This document shows, one piece after another, positions 8,026-17,397 of a stretch of 20,000 nt of DNA. Made by a program: the position numbers and the translations under genes. The stretch comes from an uncultured virus (IMG/VR IMGVR_UViG_3300046008_001858) (taxonomy: Duplodnaviria; Heunggongvirae; Uroviricota; Caudoviricetes): IMG/VR virus record IMGVR_UViG_3300046008_001858, one strand, 5' to 3'. Below the pieces are notes generated by a model. That model ran no database searches. It had not been told where the DNA came from and worked only from the letters and a program-made list of their open reading frames with translations. Position 1 is the stretch's first letter. Each line of letters starts with the position of its first letter.

Positions 8026-10047
8026 ATGCAAAAAAATATTTTAATTTCTTCATTAAGTTTGATTACATTCTTAACGATTGAAAGCAATGCTTCCAACTTA
8101 TCTGTGTCTTCAAATGAAGATCAAAATATTTCACTTGAATTAAGTGCTGCTCCAAAACCTGGCGTCGATTATACAAGAACATCTCAATTTCTTCAAACAA
8201 GATACACAACATCTCAATTATCACAAATTAATGCACAAGTAGCTCATAATAATGGCTTTACAGGTGGTAATCTATCTAAAACATTATCATATACAAAAGT
8301 TGCTTCTGATACATCTAATAGAAATTTGCAGACAGTTGTTGCGGTATTAGATAGTGGAATCAATGCAACACACGATGATTTAAAATCAGTAGGTAAAATT
8401 GAAGCATTTAAAGATTTTACAAGTACACAAACAGTTGCTTATGATAATTTTGGACATGGAACAATGGTTTCTTCTATTATTGCTGGAGATCGTCAAAGTG
8501 CTACAGATCCTTTTTATGGTATTGCTTATGGAGCTAATTTAATTGAAGGCCAAATCATAACATCTAGTGGAGGAACTAACAATATTCTTTTACAACAAGG
8601 AATTGATTGGGTTGTACAACAAAAAACATTGTTAGATAAACCTAATGTTAAACAAGTTGTTTCTTTAAATCTTAGCTTAGGAACTAATGATTCTAGTTTT
8701 ATTAATACTAGTTTTAAAAATTCATTATTAAATGCATTAAATTCAGGATTATCAATTGTTTCAGCTGCTGGTAATGAAGGACTTGATTGTAAGGATACAG
8801 GAACAGGAATTAATGGTAAATGTAGTTTCCCAGCTGCAGCACCTTGGGTTAATTCTGCAGATACAGCTTCTTATTTAAATAAAAGCGGAGCTTGGGTTGT
8901 TGTTGGTTCTGTTGATAGAACAAATAAAATATCAGCATTTAGTAATAGAGCTGGAGTATCAAAAAGTAATTACATTGTAGCTCCTGGTGAAAATTTAATT
9001 GGTGACTCTAATACTGTTAATAATGGATATGTAGTTGGTTCAGGAACATCTTTTGCTGCACCACTTGTCTCAGGTGCTTTAGCTTTATTCGCTCAAAAAT
9101 GGCCATATTTACAAGGAAGACAACATGCACAAATCATGTTTGATACAGCAACAGATCTTGGTACACCAGGAATTGACGATATATATGGTAACGGATTGTT
9201 AAATTTAACAAAAGCTTTTAATCCTGTTGGAGTTATTGCAATTCCTACTGGTACAAAAAGTGTATTTTCAAAATCAATACAAACAACAAACAATACATCT
9301 TTAAAAACAAGTACAGCAATATCTTTAAAATCATTAACTTTGGATAATAGTATTGTAGTAGATTCTTATAATAGAGATTTTTCCGTAAGTTTAAATAATG
9401 CGGTATCAACAACAGGTTCAAGTCCTGTTGATTTTAAAAATTTCATGACATTTAATTATGGTGATATGCTTTTTGGTGTTGATCAAAGTCGAGATATGTT
9501 AATGGTTGGATATAAATTCAATGATAGCTCAAAACTAAAAGTTTCTTATGACAATACGTTTTTAGGAACTCAATCAGATGGAGCCTTATCTATTGGTAGT
9601 GCAAATAGTATTTATGTAAATTATGATAAAAACGTAGTTAGTTATAATGATTTCGTACTAAATGTTAATGGAACATATGCATATGCTGAAGCAAATACAG
9701 CAAATAATAGTGTTATTACAGATTTATCATCTGCTCAAGCTATTGGTGGTGAAATTACAGCTATGTATAAAGATTTTGGATTAGGATATGAAATTCCATT
9801 AAGAACTATTAATGGAAGTGCTTCTTTAAATACAGCAACTTCTGTTGATTTAGATGGCAATCTTATTTATACTCAAGATAAAACAAGCTTAAATCCAGAT
9901 TCATTTCAACAAGTTTATTCAGTGTTTTATCAAAAACAAATGCAAAATTTATATTTCCAAACAAAACTAAGTAGAACAAATGACGCTTATGGTATTAATA
10001 ATCTTGCGAGTAATGATATTAAAGTAATGTTAAATTATTTTTACTAA
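8026..10047 (+). CDS. S8 subtilisin-family serine protease with putative C-terminal beta-barrel (Sec-exported)
   Basis: Catalytic Asp (VAVLDSG), His (FGHGTMV), oxyanion Asn (SAAGNE) and Ser (GTSFAAP). TATDLG..GIDD.YG.GLL motif. Ends in LNYFY. Confidence 0.92.
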   Translation: MQKNILISSLSLITFLTIESNASNLSVSSNEDQNISLELSAAPKPGVDYTRTSQFLQTRYTTSQLSQINAQVAHNNGFTGGNLSKTLSYTKVASDTSNRNLQTVVAVLDSGINATHDDLKSVGKIEAFKDFTSTQTVAYDNFGHGTMVSSIIAGDRQSATDPFYGIAYGANLIEGQIITSSGGTNNILLQQGIDWVVQQKTLLDKPNVKQVVSLNLSLGTNDSSFINTSFKNSLLNALNSGLSIVSAAGNEGLDCKDTGTGINGKCSFPAAAPWVNSADTASYLNKSGAWVVVGSVDRTNKISAFSNRAGVSKSNYIVAPGENLIGDSNTVNNGYVVGSGTSFAAPLVSGALALFAQKWPYLQGRQHAQIMFDTATDLGTPGIDDIYGNGLLNLTKAFNPVGVIAIPTGTKSVFSKSIQTTNNTSLKTSTAISLKSLTLDNSIVVDSYNRDFSVSLNNAVSTTGSSPVDFKNFMTFNYGDMLFGVDQSRDMLMVGYKFNDSSKLKVSYDNTFLGTQSDGALSIGSANSIYVNYDKNVVSYNDFVLNVNGTYAYAEANTANNSVITDLSSAQAIGGEITAMYKDFGLGYEIPLRTINGSASLNTATSVDLDGNLIYTQDKTSLNPDSFQQVYSVFYQKQMQNLYFQTKLSRTNDAYGINNLASNDIKVMLNYFY

Positions 10048-10118
10048 AAGTTCTTTTTTAATTTTATTTTAAATTTATTCTGATAAAATAACATAATTAA
10101 AATAAAAAGAGAGAATCC

Positions 10119-12203
10119 ATGAAACAAAAAATTCTATTATCGTCATTAAGCTTAATTGCATTTTCATTAGTTGGTTGTAGTGGTGGAGGTGGAGGTGGCC
10201 CTTCAGTTCCAACACAAGTAATCATTCCTCCACCAACAGATACTAATACAAGTACTGAAACAAATACTACAACACCTCCTGTAGTTCCTCCTCCATCTGG
10301 TCCTGGCGTTGATTATACAGATCCGTCACAATTTGTTCAAACAACAAACATTCCTTTACAATTATCACAAATTAATGCTCAAGTAGCTTATAATAATGGT
10401 TTTACTGGTGGTAATCTATCTGAATCTACAACATATACAACTGTTGCTTCTGATACGTCAAATAGAAATCTACAAACAATTATTGCGGTATTAGATAGTG
10501 GAATCAATGCAAATCATGAAGATTTAAATTCAACAGGTAAAATAGAAGCTTTTAAAGATTTTACAGCAACAAATAGTGTAACTCCTTATGATAATTTTGG
10601 ACATGGAACAATGGTTTCTTCTATTTTAGCAGGAACAAGACAAGATGTTAATGATACATATTACGGTGTAGCATACGGTGCACACTTAATTGAAGGTCAA
10701 ATTATTACCTCTGCTGGAACAACTGATAATATTATATTGAAGAATGCGATTGACTGGGCAGTTCAACAAAAATTAGCACTAGATGTAGCAAATGTTAAGC
10801 AAGTTGTTGCATTAAATTTAAGTCTAGGAACTACTGATTCAAGTTTTGTAAATACAACATTTAAAAATTCATTATTAGCAGCATTGAATACAGGAATGTC
10901 AATTGTATCAGCGGCAGGAAATGAAGGTCTTGATTGTTTGGATACAGGCACTGGAATTAATGGAAAATGTAGTTTCCCAGCTGCCGCACCTTGGGTTAAT
11001 CCTGCTGATACAGCATCTTATTTAACAAATAATGGTGGATGGGTTGTTGTTGGATCTGTTGATTCAAATAATAATATTTCTGCATTTAGTAATAAAGCAG
11101 GTGTAACAAAAAGTAATTATATTGTTGCTCCTGGTGAAAATCTTATAGGAGCTGCTTATAATCAAAATGACGGCTATAGAGTCGGATCAGGAACATCTTT
11201 TGCAGCACCATTAGTATCTGGAGCTTTAGCTTTATTTACTCAAAAATGGCCTCACTTATCAGGAAGACAACATTCTCAAATTATGTTTGATACTGCAACT
11301 GATCTTGGTGCTCCAGGAATTGACGATGTATATGGAAATGGGTTATTAGACTTAAGTAAAGCATTTAATCCAGTTGGAACAGTTGCTATTCCTACTGGAT
11401 TAACAAATGTTTTTAATGGTCAATCAACACAAAATGTTGTTAATACATCTTTTAAAACAAGTTCAAGTATTCTTTCATTAAAATCTTTAACTTATTTGAA
11501 CAATACAATTGGAGTTGACTCTTATAATAGAGATTTCACAATGAACTTAACAAATTCAATTTCTACTACTGGTACAAGTCCTGTAGATTTTAAAAATTTC
11601 ATGACCTTTAATTATGGAGATGTTCTTTTTGGTGTAGATTCAGCTAGAAATATGCCTTTAGTAGGATATAAATTTAATGATAACTCAAAAATAAAAGTTT
11701 CTTATGATAATACATTCCTCGGGACTCAATCAGAAGGTGCTTTGTCAATTGGTAATTCTAATACAATTTATGTTAATTATGAAAAAGTTTTAGTTAATGA
11801 AGAAAATTTTAAATTGAATTTTAGTGGAAATTATGCTTATGGTAAAGCAAACACAGCTGCAAATAGTATTATTACTGATATTGATTCTGTACAGGCTATC
11901 GGTGGTGAAGTAACAGCTATGTATAAAGATTTTGGTGTTGGCTATGAAATTCCTTTGCGTGCTGTAAGTGGTTCTATGTCTTTTAATACACCTACAAGTA
12001 TTGATAATAGTGGAAATATTATTTACACTCAAAATACTTCTAGTTTGAATCCAGATACATTTCAACAAGTATATTCTATGTTTTATCAAAAACAAATGAA
12101 TGATTTTTATTTACAAACAAAATTAAGCCATACAAACGATGCTTATGGTATTAATAATCTTATTAGTAATGATTTAAAAGTTAGCTTAAATTATTTCTAT
12201 TAA
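10119..12203 (+). CDS. S8 subtilisin-family serine protease, lipoprotein paralogue
   Basis: Lipobox LVGC followed by a poly-Gly and Pro/Thr linker. Same D/H/N/S motifs and co-linear with 8026-10047. Ends in LNYFY. Confidence 0.92.
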   Translation: MKQKILLSSLSLIAFSLVGCSGGGGGGPSVPTQVIIPPPTDTNTSTETNTTTPPVVPPPSGPGVDYTDPSQFVQTTNIPLQLSQINAQVAYNNGFTGGNLSESTTYTTVASDTSNRNLQTIIAVLDSGINANHEDLNSTGKIEAFKDFTATNSVTPYDNFGHGTMVSSILAGTRQDVNDTYYGVAYGAHLIEGQIITSAGTTDNIILKNAIDWAVQQKLALDVANVKQVVALNLSLGTTDSSFVNTTFKNSLLAALNTGMSIVSAAGNEGLDCLDTGTGINGKCSFPAAAPWVNPADTASYLTNNGGWVVVGSVDSNNNISAFSNKAGVTKSNYIVAPGENLIGAAYNQNDGYRVGSGTSFAAPLVSGALALFTQKWPHLSGRQHSQIMFDTATDLGAPGIDDVYGNGLLDLSKAFNPVGTVAIPTGLTNVFNGQSTQNVVNTSFKTSSSILSLKSLTYLNNTIGVDSYNRDFTMNLTNSISTTGTSPVDFKNFMTFNYGDVLFGVDSARNMPLVGYKFNDNSKIKVSYDNTFLGTQSEGALSIGNSNTIYVNYEKVLVNEENFKLNFSGNYAYGKANTAANSIITDIDSVQAIGGEVTAMYKDFGVGYEIPLRAVSGSMSFNTPTSIDNSGNIIYTQNTSSLNPDTFQQVYSMFYQKQMNDFYLQTKLSHTNDAYGINNLISNDLKVSLNYFY

Positions 12204-12538
12204 TTAGAATCACTATCTGGTTCAGATTCTAAGTCTGAATAAAAATCTTCAGTTAATTCTGAATCTAATTTATTCATATATGAATAATCAGATTTAGAAT
12301 TAGCATAATCGCTATTCATAACAGTCTTAATTATATCAAATTCTGTATTATTAATACCTATATTTCCACTTCCTAAACTATCATGTATGTTTCCTACATC
12401 TAAATTATTAGAACTATTTGAAGACATTAAATAAAAAATATTCTTTAAACTTATTGGATTATCAGAAAGACTTGATATAAAAAACATTAGAAGAAAAAAT
12501 GCTCCTAAAAATATTGCGTATATAATATAATCACCCAT
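12200..12538 (-). CDS. Hypothetical protein with N-terminal TM anchor and acidic tail
   Basis: GAGG RBS, hydrophobic N-terminus; 4-nt stop overlap with the convergent protease gene. Confidence 0.65.
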   Translation of the reverse strand: MGDYIIYAIFLGAFFLLMFFISSLSDNPISLKNIFYLMSSNSSNNLDVGNIHDSLGSGNIGINNTEFDIIKTVMNSDYANSKSDYSYMNKLDSELTEDFYSDLESEPDSDSN

Positions 12539-12589
12539 TTTTAAAACCTCTGCTATTTATTTTTTATAATTATAACGAGTTATTTATAT

Positions 12590-12611
12590 TTAAGTTTAAG
12601 TAATGTATAAT
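12590..12611 (+). promoter_or_regulatory. Putative promoter TTAAG-N11-TATAAT
   Basis: Recurring motif, upstream of the 12647 gene. Confidence 0.55.
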
Positions 12612-12646
12612 TACATATTATTAAAATAGCAATAAAGGAATAAAAA

Positions 12647-13054
12647 ATGCCAAGTTTGACTAAAATTGAAATTAAAAATTATTCAATGGAAGCGCACGTT
12701 CAAGGTGAAGATTTTATTGAAGGATATGGATATGTTATTGAATTAGATGACGATAATCCAACTAAATTTAATACTTCTCACGTAAGAAAAGTTCTTCCAA
12801 CTAAATTAAAACTTTATTACAGAAATATGCAAAAGTTGGAATTTAATATTATAAAAGATGGAAGAGAATTAAGAAAAACTATTCCTTTTGATTTATCTTA
12901 TAAACCTTCATTGAAATTCTTTTTTGACAAAGATGAATGTTTAGAATCATATGCTAAAGATAAAGATCGTGCTATTCAAATTTTAAAAAATAAATATGAA
13001 GCATTAAATTCTCTTCAAGAAGAGTTAAATGCAAATTATCAATATTTAGCATAA
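12647..13054 (+). CDS. Hypothetical protein (135 aa)
   Basis: AAAGGA RBS and upstream promoter motif; C-terminal coiled-coil tendency. Confidence 0.8.
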   Translation: MPSLTKIEIKNYSMEAHVQGEDFIEGYGYVIELDDDNPTKFNTSHVRKVLPTKLKLYYRNMQKLEFNIIKDGRELRKTIPFDLSYKPSLKFFFDKDECLESYAKDKDRAIQILKNKYEALNSLQEELNANYQYLA

Positions 13055-13065
13055 AAGGATAAAAA

Positions 13066-13242
13066 ATGGCAATAAAAGTAGAATGTGAATGGGATCTAGG
13101 TGTTGGTTTGATTTCGTCATGGGATTCGAAAGAAGATGCAGAAGAATTCTTTAAAAAAACAATGAAAGATTATGAAGATGAACTTCAATATACATATGAA
13201 GAAGCAATTCAAGATGGAATGATTACTTATTCTGAAAATTAG
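13066..13242 (+). CDS. Small acidic hypothetical protein (58 aa, MAIKVECEWDLG...ITYSEN), not in ORF track
   Basis: AAAGGA RBS, ATG at 13066, TAG at 13242. Confidence 0.75.
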   Translation: MAIKVECEWDLGVGLISSWDSKEDAEEFFKKTMKDYEDELQYTYEEAIQDGMITYSEN

Positions 13243-13286
13243 TATATAACTATATAATTTTGTTATTGGAACAAAAGATTTTAAAG

Positions 13287-13345
13287 GTGTCTTTAAGACT
13301 TTACTTGCTAATTTTATAGCTAAAAGTCCACTTAGTGGCGAAAGG
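13287..13345 (+). promoter_or_regulatory. Repeated structured leader, copy A
   Basis: GTGTC-N4-AGACT...GCTA-N6-TAGC...CCAC-TTA-GTGG-CGAAAGG, downstream of TATAAT at 13253. Confidence 0.6.
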
Positions 13346-13353
13346 ATTTTGAA

Positions 13354-13641
13354 ATGGCGAAAATATATATTCAAACACTAGAAAATACTGGTGAAGTAAG
13401 AGTTACAGGATCTAAAAAAATTAGATCGTATTTAAAAGATACGTTAAGAGCATTGGAAGATTCTGGAATTTCAACGGAAGATGCACACAATAGAATTGCA
13501 AAATATATAAAAAGTTTTTTTATATGTGATTCAAAAGTTGATTTTTTTGACGAAAAATTTAGTCAAGCGGATATGGTAACATTGGCAACATATAAAGCTC
13601 ATAAAGATTTATTTCTTGACGCTTTAACAGATTTGATTTAA
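13354..13641 (+). CDS. Hypothetical protein (95 aa)
   Basis: GAAAGG RBS within the leader motif. Confidence 0.8.
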   Translation: MAKIYIQTLENTGEVRVTGSKKIRSYLKDTLRALEDSGISTEDAHNRIAKYIKSFFICDSKVDFFDEKFSQADMVTLATYKAHKDLFLDALTDLI

Positions 13642-13645
13642 AAAT

Positions 13646-13663
13646 CCACAAAGTGGTGAAAGG
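13646..13663 (+). promoter_or_regulatory. Repeated structured leader, copy B (last hairpin only)
   Basis: CCAC-AAA-GTGG-TGAAAGG before the ATG at 13670. Confidence 0.6.
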
Positions 13664-13669
13664 TTTATT

Positions 13670-14122
13670 ATGAAATTCGAATTTGAAGTAAGCAGAACTT
13701 ACGTATTTAAAGGAACTGTTTGCGTTGAAGCTGATTCAGAAGAAGAAGCAAAAGAAAAAGCATTTGATATGATTGGTGATACTAATCTATCTATTAGTTA
13801 TGCTATTGACGGTGAAGACCGTGTTGAAGGTGATAATTATGGTGAATTTTTACAATCAGTTGATATTGATCAACTTAATATAAAAATTTTAAGAGAATGG
13901 GCAGAATCTTATGGATATCTATTGCCATCTCATAAAAATACTGCTTTTGAAAAAGATAAATATAATTGTTATCTAAAAACAAAAACTATGTCAGAAGATA
14001 AATGTGTTAAAGCATTTGTCTATAATACTGAATTTGAAGCCATTGAAGCAGCATGTAAATGGCTATTCAATACTTACAAAAAAATTACAACTTATCCTGT
14101 GTTAATTGAAAAAGGAGTTTAA
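13670..14122 (+). CDS. Hypothetical protein, N-terminus resembling DpnD/PcfM-like small phage domains
   Basis: FEVSRTY...VCVEADSEEEAKEKA pattern; family call is tentative. Confidence 0.65.
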   Translation: MKFEFEVSRTYVFKGTVCVEADSEEEAKEKAFDMIGDTNLSISYAIDGEDRVEGDNYGEFLQSVDIDQLNIKILREWAESYGYLLPSHKNTAFEKDKYNCYLKTKTMSEDKCVKAFVYNTEFEAIEAACKWLFNTYKKITTYPVLIEKGV

Positions 14123-14123
14123 A

Positions 14124-14531
14124 ATGCGAATTTTAGGTTTAGATAAAAGAAAAACATCTGCTAAGTTTTATGGGAATCATCCGACAAATCCAACAGAAAT
14201 TTTTATTAATATTAATTATTCTAGAAATGGAATTGAAGGATTTGTTGAATTAACTGAAAGATATGTTTATCAAATGAAATTGAAATATGATAGACCTGTT
14301 ATGTATAAGGGGTTAAATCTTCATTGTAAAGACTTTGATCGTCATTCCACACAAGATATCGTATTAACAGAATCAGTAATTGCTGATATGCTTAAAATGC
14401 TTCTAACTGGCGATGTTATTATTGAGGATGGTTGTTATGTTGTAAATTTCCTATTAAATAAATGTGGAGATAGATATTCAATGCAACTTTTAACTCATAG
14501 AGAAGTTCAAGAGTTGATAAGAAATTCTTAG
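14124..14531 (+). CDS. Hypothetical protein
   Basis: AAGGAG RBS supports the ATG at 14124 rather than the TTG at 14106. Confidence 0.8.
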   Translation: MRILGLDKRKTSAKFYGNHPTNPTEIFININYSRNGIEGFVELTERYVYQMKLKYDRPVMYKGLNLHCKDFDRHSTQDIVLTESVIADMLKMLLTGDVIIEDGCYVVNFLLNKCGDRYSMQLLTHREVQELIRNS

Positions 14532-14586
14532 TGTCGTAAAGACTAAAATAAGCTAATTAGCTTTAAAACCACATTGTGGTGAAAGG
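14531..14586 (+). promoter_or_regulatory. Repeated structured leader, copy C
   Basis: GTGTC-GTAA-AGACT...AAGCTAATTAGCTT...CCAC-ATT-GTGG-TGAAAGG. Confidence 0.6.
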
Positions 14587-14593
14587 GTTTATT

Positions 14594-15022
14594 ATGGAAT
14601 ATTCAATTAAATATCCAAAAATCATATATACTGATCAATTTACAGTTGAAGGTAATTATGAAGAATATATTGAAGGTTATAATAAAAATTGTGTAGGTGA
14701 AAATATTAGAAAAGGAACTTATGAAATTCTTATTGATAAAAATGATATTAACACTATTTTAAGTGAATATAAATTTTTCATGTATTGCTCTGATCAAAAA
14801 TATATTAATTATGTTTCTGATTTAACTTTTTATAAATATTTTATTAAATTTTTCGAAAATATTGATTATAGATATATTTCAAATCAAGTTTTTTACTATT
14901 ATAATGAATATGGAATAAAAGGTGTTCTTGAAATTTCTTACACAAAAGAAGAAGATCAAGAATTTAAATTAAAGATGGATGCTTTAAATTTAATTATTCA
15001 AGCACAAAAAATGTCTTTTTGA
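14594..15022 (+). CDS. Tyr-rich hypothetical protein
   Basis: GAAAGG RBS supports the ATG at 14594. Confidence 0.8.
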   Translation: MEYSIKYPKIIYTDQFTVEGNYEEYIEGYNKNCVGENIRKGTYEILIDKNDINTILSEYKFFMYCSDQKYINYVSDLTFYKYFIKFFENIDYRYISNQVFYYYNEYGIKGVLEISYTKEEDQEFKLKMDALNLIIQAQKMSF

Positions 15023-15040
15023 ACCCTTTGGGTTCTTTTT
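15021..15040 (+). terminator. Rho-independent terminator
   Basis: GAACCC-TTT-GGGTTC followed by a T tract. Confidence 0.8.
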
Positions 15041-15077
15041 ATTGTAAAATAATAAAAAAGATCAGAGGTTTATTTTT

Positions 15078-15488
15078 ATGAATAAAAAAATTATATTTAT
15101 ACTATTAATTTTTGCTTCCACATGTTTCGCAAAAGCATATTATAAACCTACTTATAATTATCATAAAAACTCAATAACAAAAGTTGAGCCAATAGGACAG
15201 AAAAAATATCAACCAAATAATACTGATTTAAAAAATATAAACAATCAACAAATAAGACCTGTAATAAATAATTACAATACTGGATTTGTAAGATCAATGG
15301 TAGGGACTATGGCAGGAATGTATTTATTTAATTCATTAGCTAATGAAAACGAATTAAATAATTTAAGTTATGAAAACTCAAATGAAAGTAGTTTAGGAAT
15401 TATTTTTGGATATATATTATCATTTTTAATAATATTGTTATTCATCTATATTTTTTATAGAATATTAAAATTATTCTTTAAAATATAG
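15078..15488 (+). CDS. Exported/membrane hypothetical protein
   Basis: Signal peptide, GFVRSMVGTMAGMYLF small-residue helix and a C-terminal TM segment. Confidence 0.75.
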   Translation: MNKKIIFILLIFASTCFAKAYYKPTYNYHKNSITKVEPIGQKKYQPNNTDLKNINNQQIRPVINNYNTGFVRSMVGTMAGMYLFNSLANENELNNLSYENSNESSLGIIFGYILSFLIILLFIYIFYRILKLFFKI

Positions 15489-15506
15489 ATATTACTTGTT
15501 ATTATT

Positions 15507-16670
15507 TTAATAACAAACTTTTGATTTTGTTATGTATGCTGGTTTATATCCAGTACTTGTAGATTGCATATATTTTAATTTTATACCGCCTGTACAAATA
15601 GGACTGTCAGCTCTTATTTTTACAGCATAATCCTTATTATCAAAAATAATTGTTTGATCATAAGTGGTATTCTGATTGTGGAAACTAGTTCCTCCAGGAA
15701 GAATAGTTGTAACTCCATTAAGACCACTAATATCTGTTAATTTAGGATTATCATTTAAATATACACTACCAGGAAGTGTTTTTAAATTAGCCAAACCATT
15801 AAGATTTGTTAATTGATACATCCTTACTAAAAAAATACTACTATAATTAACACCTGTAACATTAATTAAATTATCAATATTAGTTAAAGTAAATTGATTA
15901 GTAATCCATAATAATCTGATTGGTCCAACTAAACTTAAATAGGTTGAAGGTAATGATTGTCCTAATATTTTTCCAGAAGTGTTATCCCCACTACATTGTA
16001 TTATCAATCCTGTACTATAAGTAAATCCTCCATTACAAGTATTATTTGGTGTTGAAATAACAGGTATTGTTCCAGCGCAAACATTATTTGTATAAACGTC
16101 ATTTATTGTTTCTGTATTACCATCGTCACAAGAAGTTCCATCTACAAAAGATGTTCCTACATAAGTTACTAAACCACCTTGGCATACGTCATTTAACCAT
16201 GTTTCACCTGTTGTTGCAGGATTTCCATCGTCACATGTAATACCATTTCTATAAACATTATCTATTCCACCTTGACATGTATTGTTTAACCATGTTTCTC
16301 CGTGTGTTGAAGGATCACCATCGTCACATAATGTTCCATCGGCATGAAGTAAAGTTGAGGCTAAGATTAAATCTGTTGAAGTTGGATTTGAATTCCCATT
16401 TAATACTTGATTGACTATTGTTGTATTATTCGCTTTAGCAACTTCTCCATACTTAAGAGTAAGAGTATTCATAGCTGTATTATTTACAGAATCAATACTT
16501 AAATTACTTAATACATAAGCCCCAATTCCATCTTGATATGCATCTATTGCTGACATAGAGGAACCACCATTGTCTATTGCTCTATTAGTAATTGATAATG
16601 GGTTTATGTATACAGTTCCAGCTAAAACCACCGAAGAACAGAATATACTTAATTTAAATATTTTTTTCAT
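15507..16670 (-). CDS. Secreted modular protein, family copy 2: conserved N-domain + 3 Cys repeats + LRR/receptor-L-domain-like C-domain
   Basis: Signal peptide ending VVLA; shared INPL...IDNGG...AIDAY.DGIGA...NTL.LKYGE.AK.NN domain; LTNIDNL/LTNLNGLANL/LTDISGLNGV repeats. Confidence 0.85.
   Translation of the reverse strand: MKKIFKLSIFCSSVVLAGTVYINPLSITNRAIDNGGSSMSAIDAYQDGIGAYVLSNLSIDSVNNTAMNTLTLKYGEVAKANNTTIVNQVLNGNSNPTSTDLILASTLLHADGTLCDDGDPSTHGETWLNNTCQGGIDNVYRNGITCDDGNPATTGETWLNDVCQGGLVTYVGTSFVDGTSCDDGNTETINDVYTNNVCAGTIPVISTPNNTCNGGFTYSTGLIIQCSGDNTSGKILGQSLPSTYLSLVGPIRLLWITNQFTLTNIDNLINVTGVNYSSIFLVRMYQLTNLNGLANLKTLPGSVYLNDNPKLTDISGLNGVTTILPGGTSFHNQNTTYDQTIIFDNKDYAVKIRADSPICTGGIKLKYMQSTSTGYKPAYITKSKVCY
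16062..16340 (-). repeat. Three in-frame Cys-pair repeats (xGxxCDDGN/D..T.....N..C.G)
   Basis: DGTLCDDGDPSTHGETWLNNTCQGG; NGITCDDGNPATTGETWLNDVCQGG; DGTSCDDGNTETINDVYTNNVCAGTIP. CCATCGTCACA recurs three times on the + strand. Confidence 0.9.
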
Positions 16671-16735
16671 TTAATGCCTCTTATATATTATATAGTAGAC
16701 ATTATATCTTCTTTTGATTAACTTTATTTTTTATA

Positions 16736-16864
16736 TCAATTAAATTGTTCATTTCTTTTACGATTAATTTTTGCAGTTATTTCCCCATGTTTTTTAAACT
16801 CTGAATAATTATTTTCCATTGTTCCTGAAAAAGCGTTTAAAAGTCCAAATAAAAATGCTTTCAT
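16736..16864 (-). CDS. Possible 42-aa protein (MKAFLFGLLN...RNEQFN)
   Basis: ATGA start/stop overlap with the SLOG gene and an AAGGAG upstream. Confidence 0.45.
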   Translation of the reverse strand: MKAFLFGLLNAFSGTMENNYSEFKKHGEITAKINRKRNEQFN

Positions 16865-17397
16865 AAAATCAAATCTCCTTTAAATAAATTTCCTTCATAT
16901 TTATTCTCAATTATAGCTTTTTTAATGCAATCTGACGTTCCTATTGAATCAAATAAATGATAAGAATAAATTTCATCTGAATTATCAACAATAAATTGAT
17001 TTCTTTTGTTAAAAACTAATAGAGAATCTTCATCTTTTTCAACTTCAATAATTTTTATTAAGTTTTTATAACTTAAAATTAAATTATAATTCAATGCTTG
17101 AGCTTTTCCGAATTTTGAATGAACTTTTAAATTTTTATGCCACTCTACACTTCCTGGAACACAAATGATTAAATCTAAATTTAATTTCATAGCTACTAAT
17201 GCAAAGATTTCATCTACACCTCTAGCCATACCGCAACAACAAGTTACTTGCCCTTTAGATTTTAAGAATTTTTCTAAATCTGCAAAAATTTTTTTAAAAA
17301 CGTCCATATCATATATATTTGGATCATATTTTCTGTTAAAAGGAAATTCTATATTGGCATGACCAGTTATTCCTATAACAGTCTTCTTTTTAATCAT
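16861..17397 (-). CDS. SLOG-superfamily (YspA/DUF1273-like) nucleotide-binding protein
   Basis: IGITGH...GMARGVDEIFA...RNQFIVDNSD...GTSDCIKKA motifs. The likely start (MIKKK, 17397) overlaps the upstream stop. Confidence 0.8.
   Translation of the reverse strand: MIKKKTVIGITGHANIEFPFNRKYDPNIYDMDVFKKIFADLEKFLKSKGQVTCCCGMARGVDEIFALVAMKLNLDLIICVPGSVEWHKNLKVHSKFGKAQALNYNLILSYKNLIKIIEVEKDEDSLLVFNKRNQFIVDNSDEIYSYHLFDSIGTSDCIKKAIIENKYEGNLFKGDLIL

Noticed and set aside
13333..13344. 12-mer TAGTGGCGAAAG shared with 4982-4993
   Set aside because: Single short match in different structural contexts and not kept in the other leader copies; probably coincidence.
13287..14586. Leader repeats as integron attC sites
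   Set aside because: No RYYYAAC/GTTRRRY ends and no integrase in the window.
16062..16340. Repeats as a CRISPR array or diversity-generating retroelement VR/TR pair
   Set aside because: They are in-frame degenerate protein repeats, differences are not adenine-specific, and no cas or reverse transcriptase gene is in the window.
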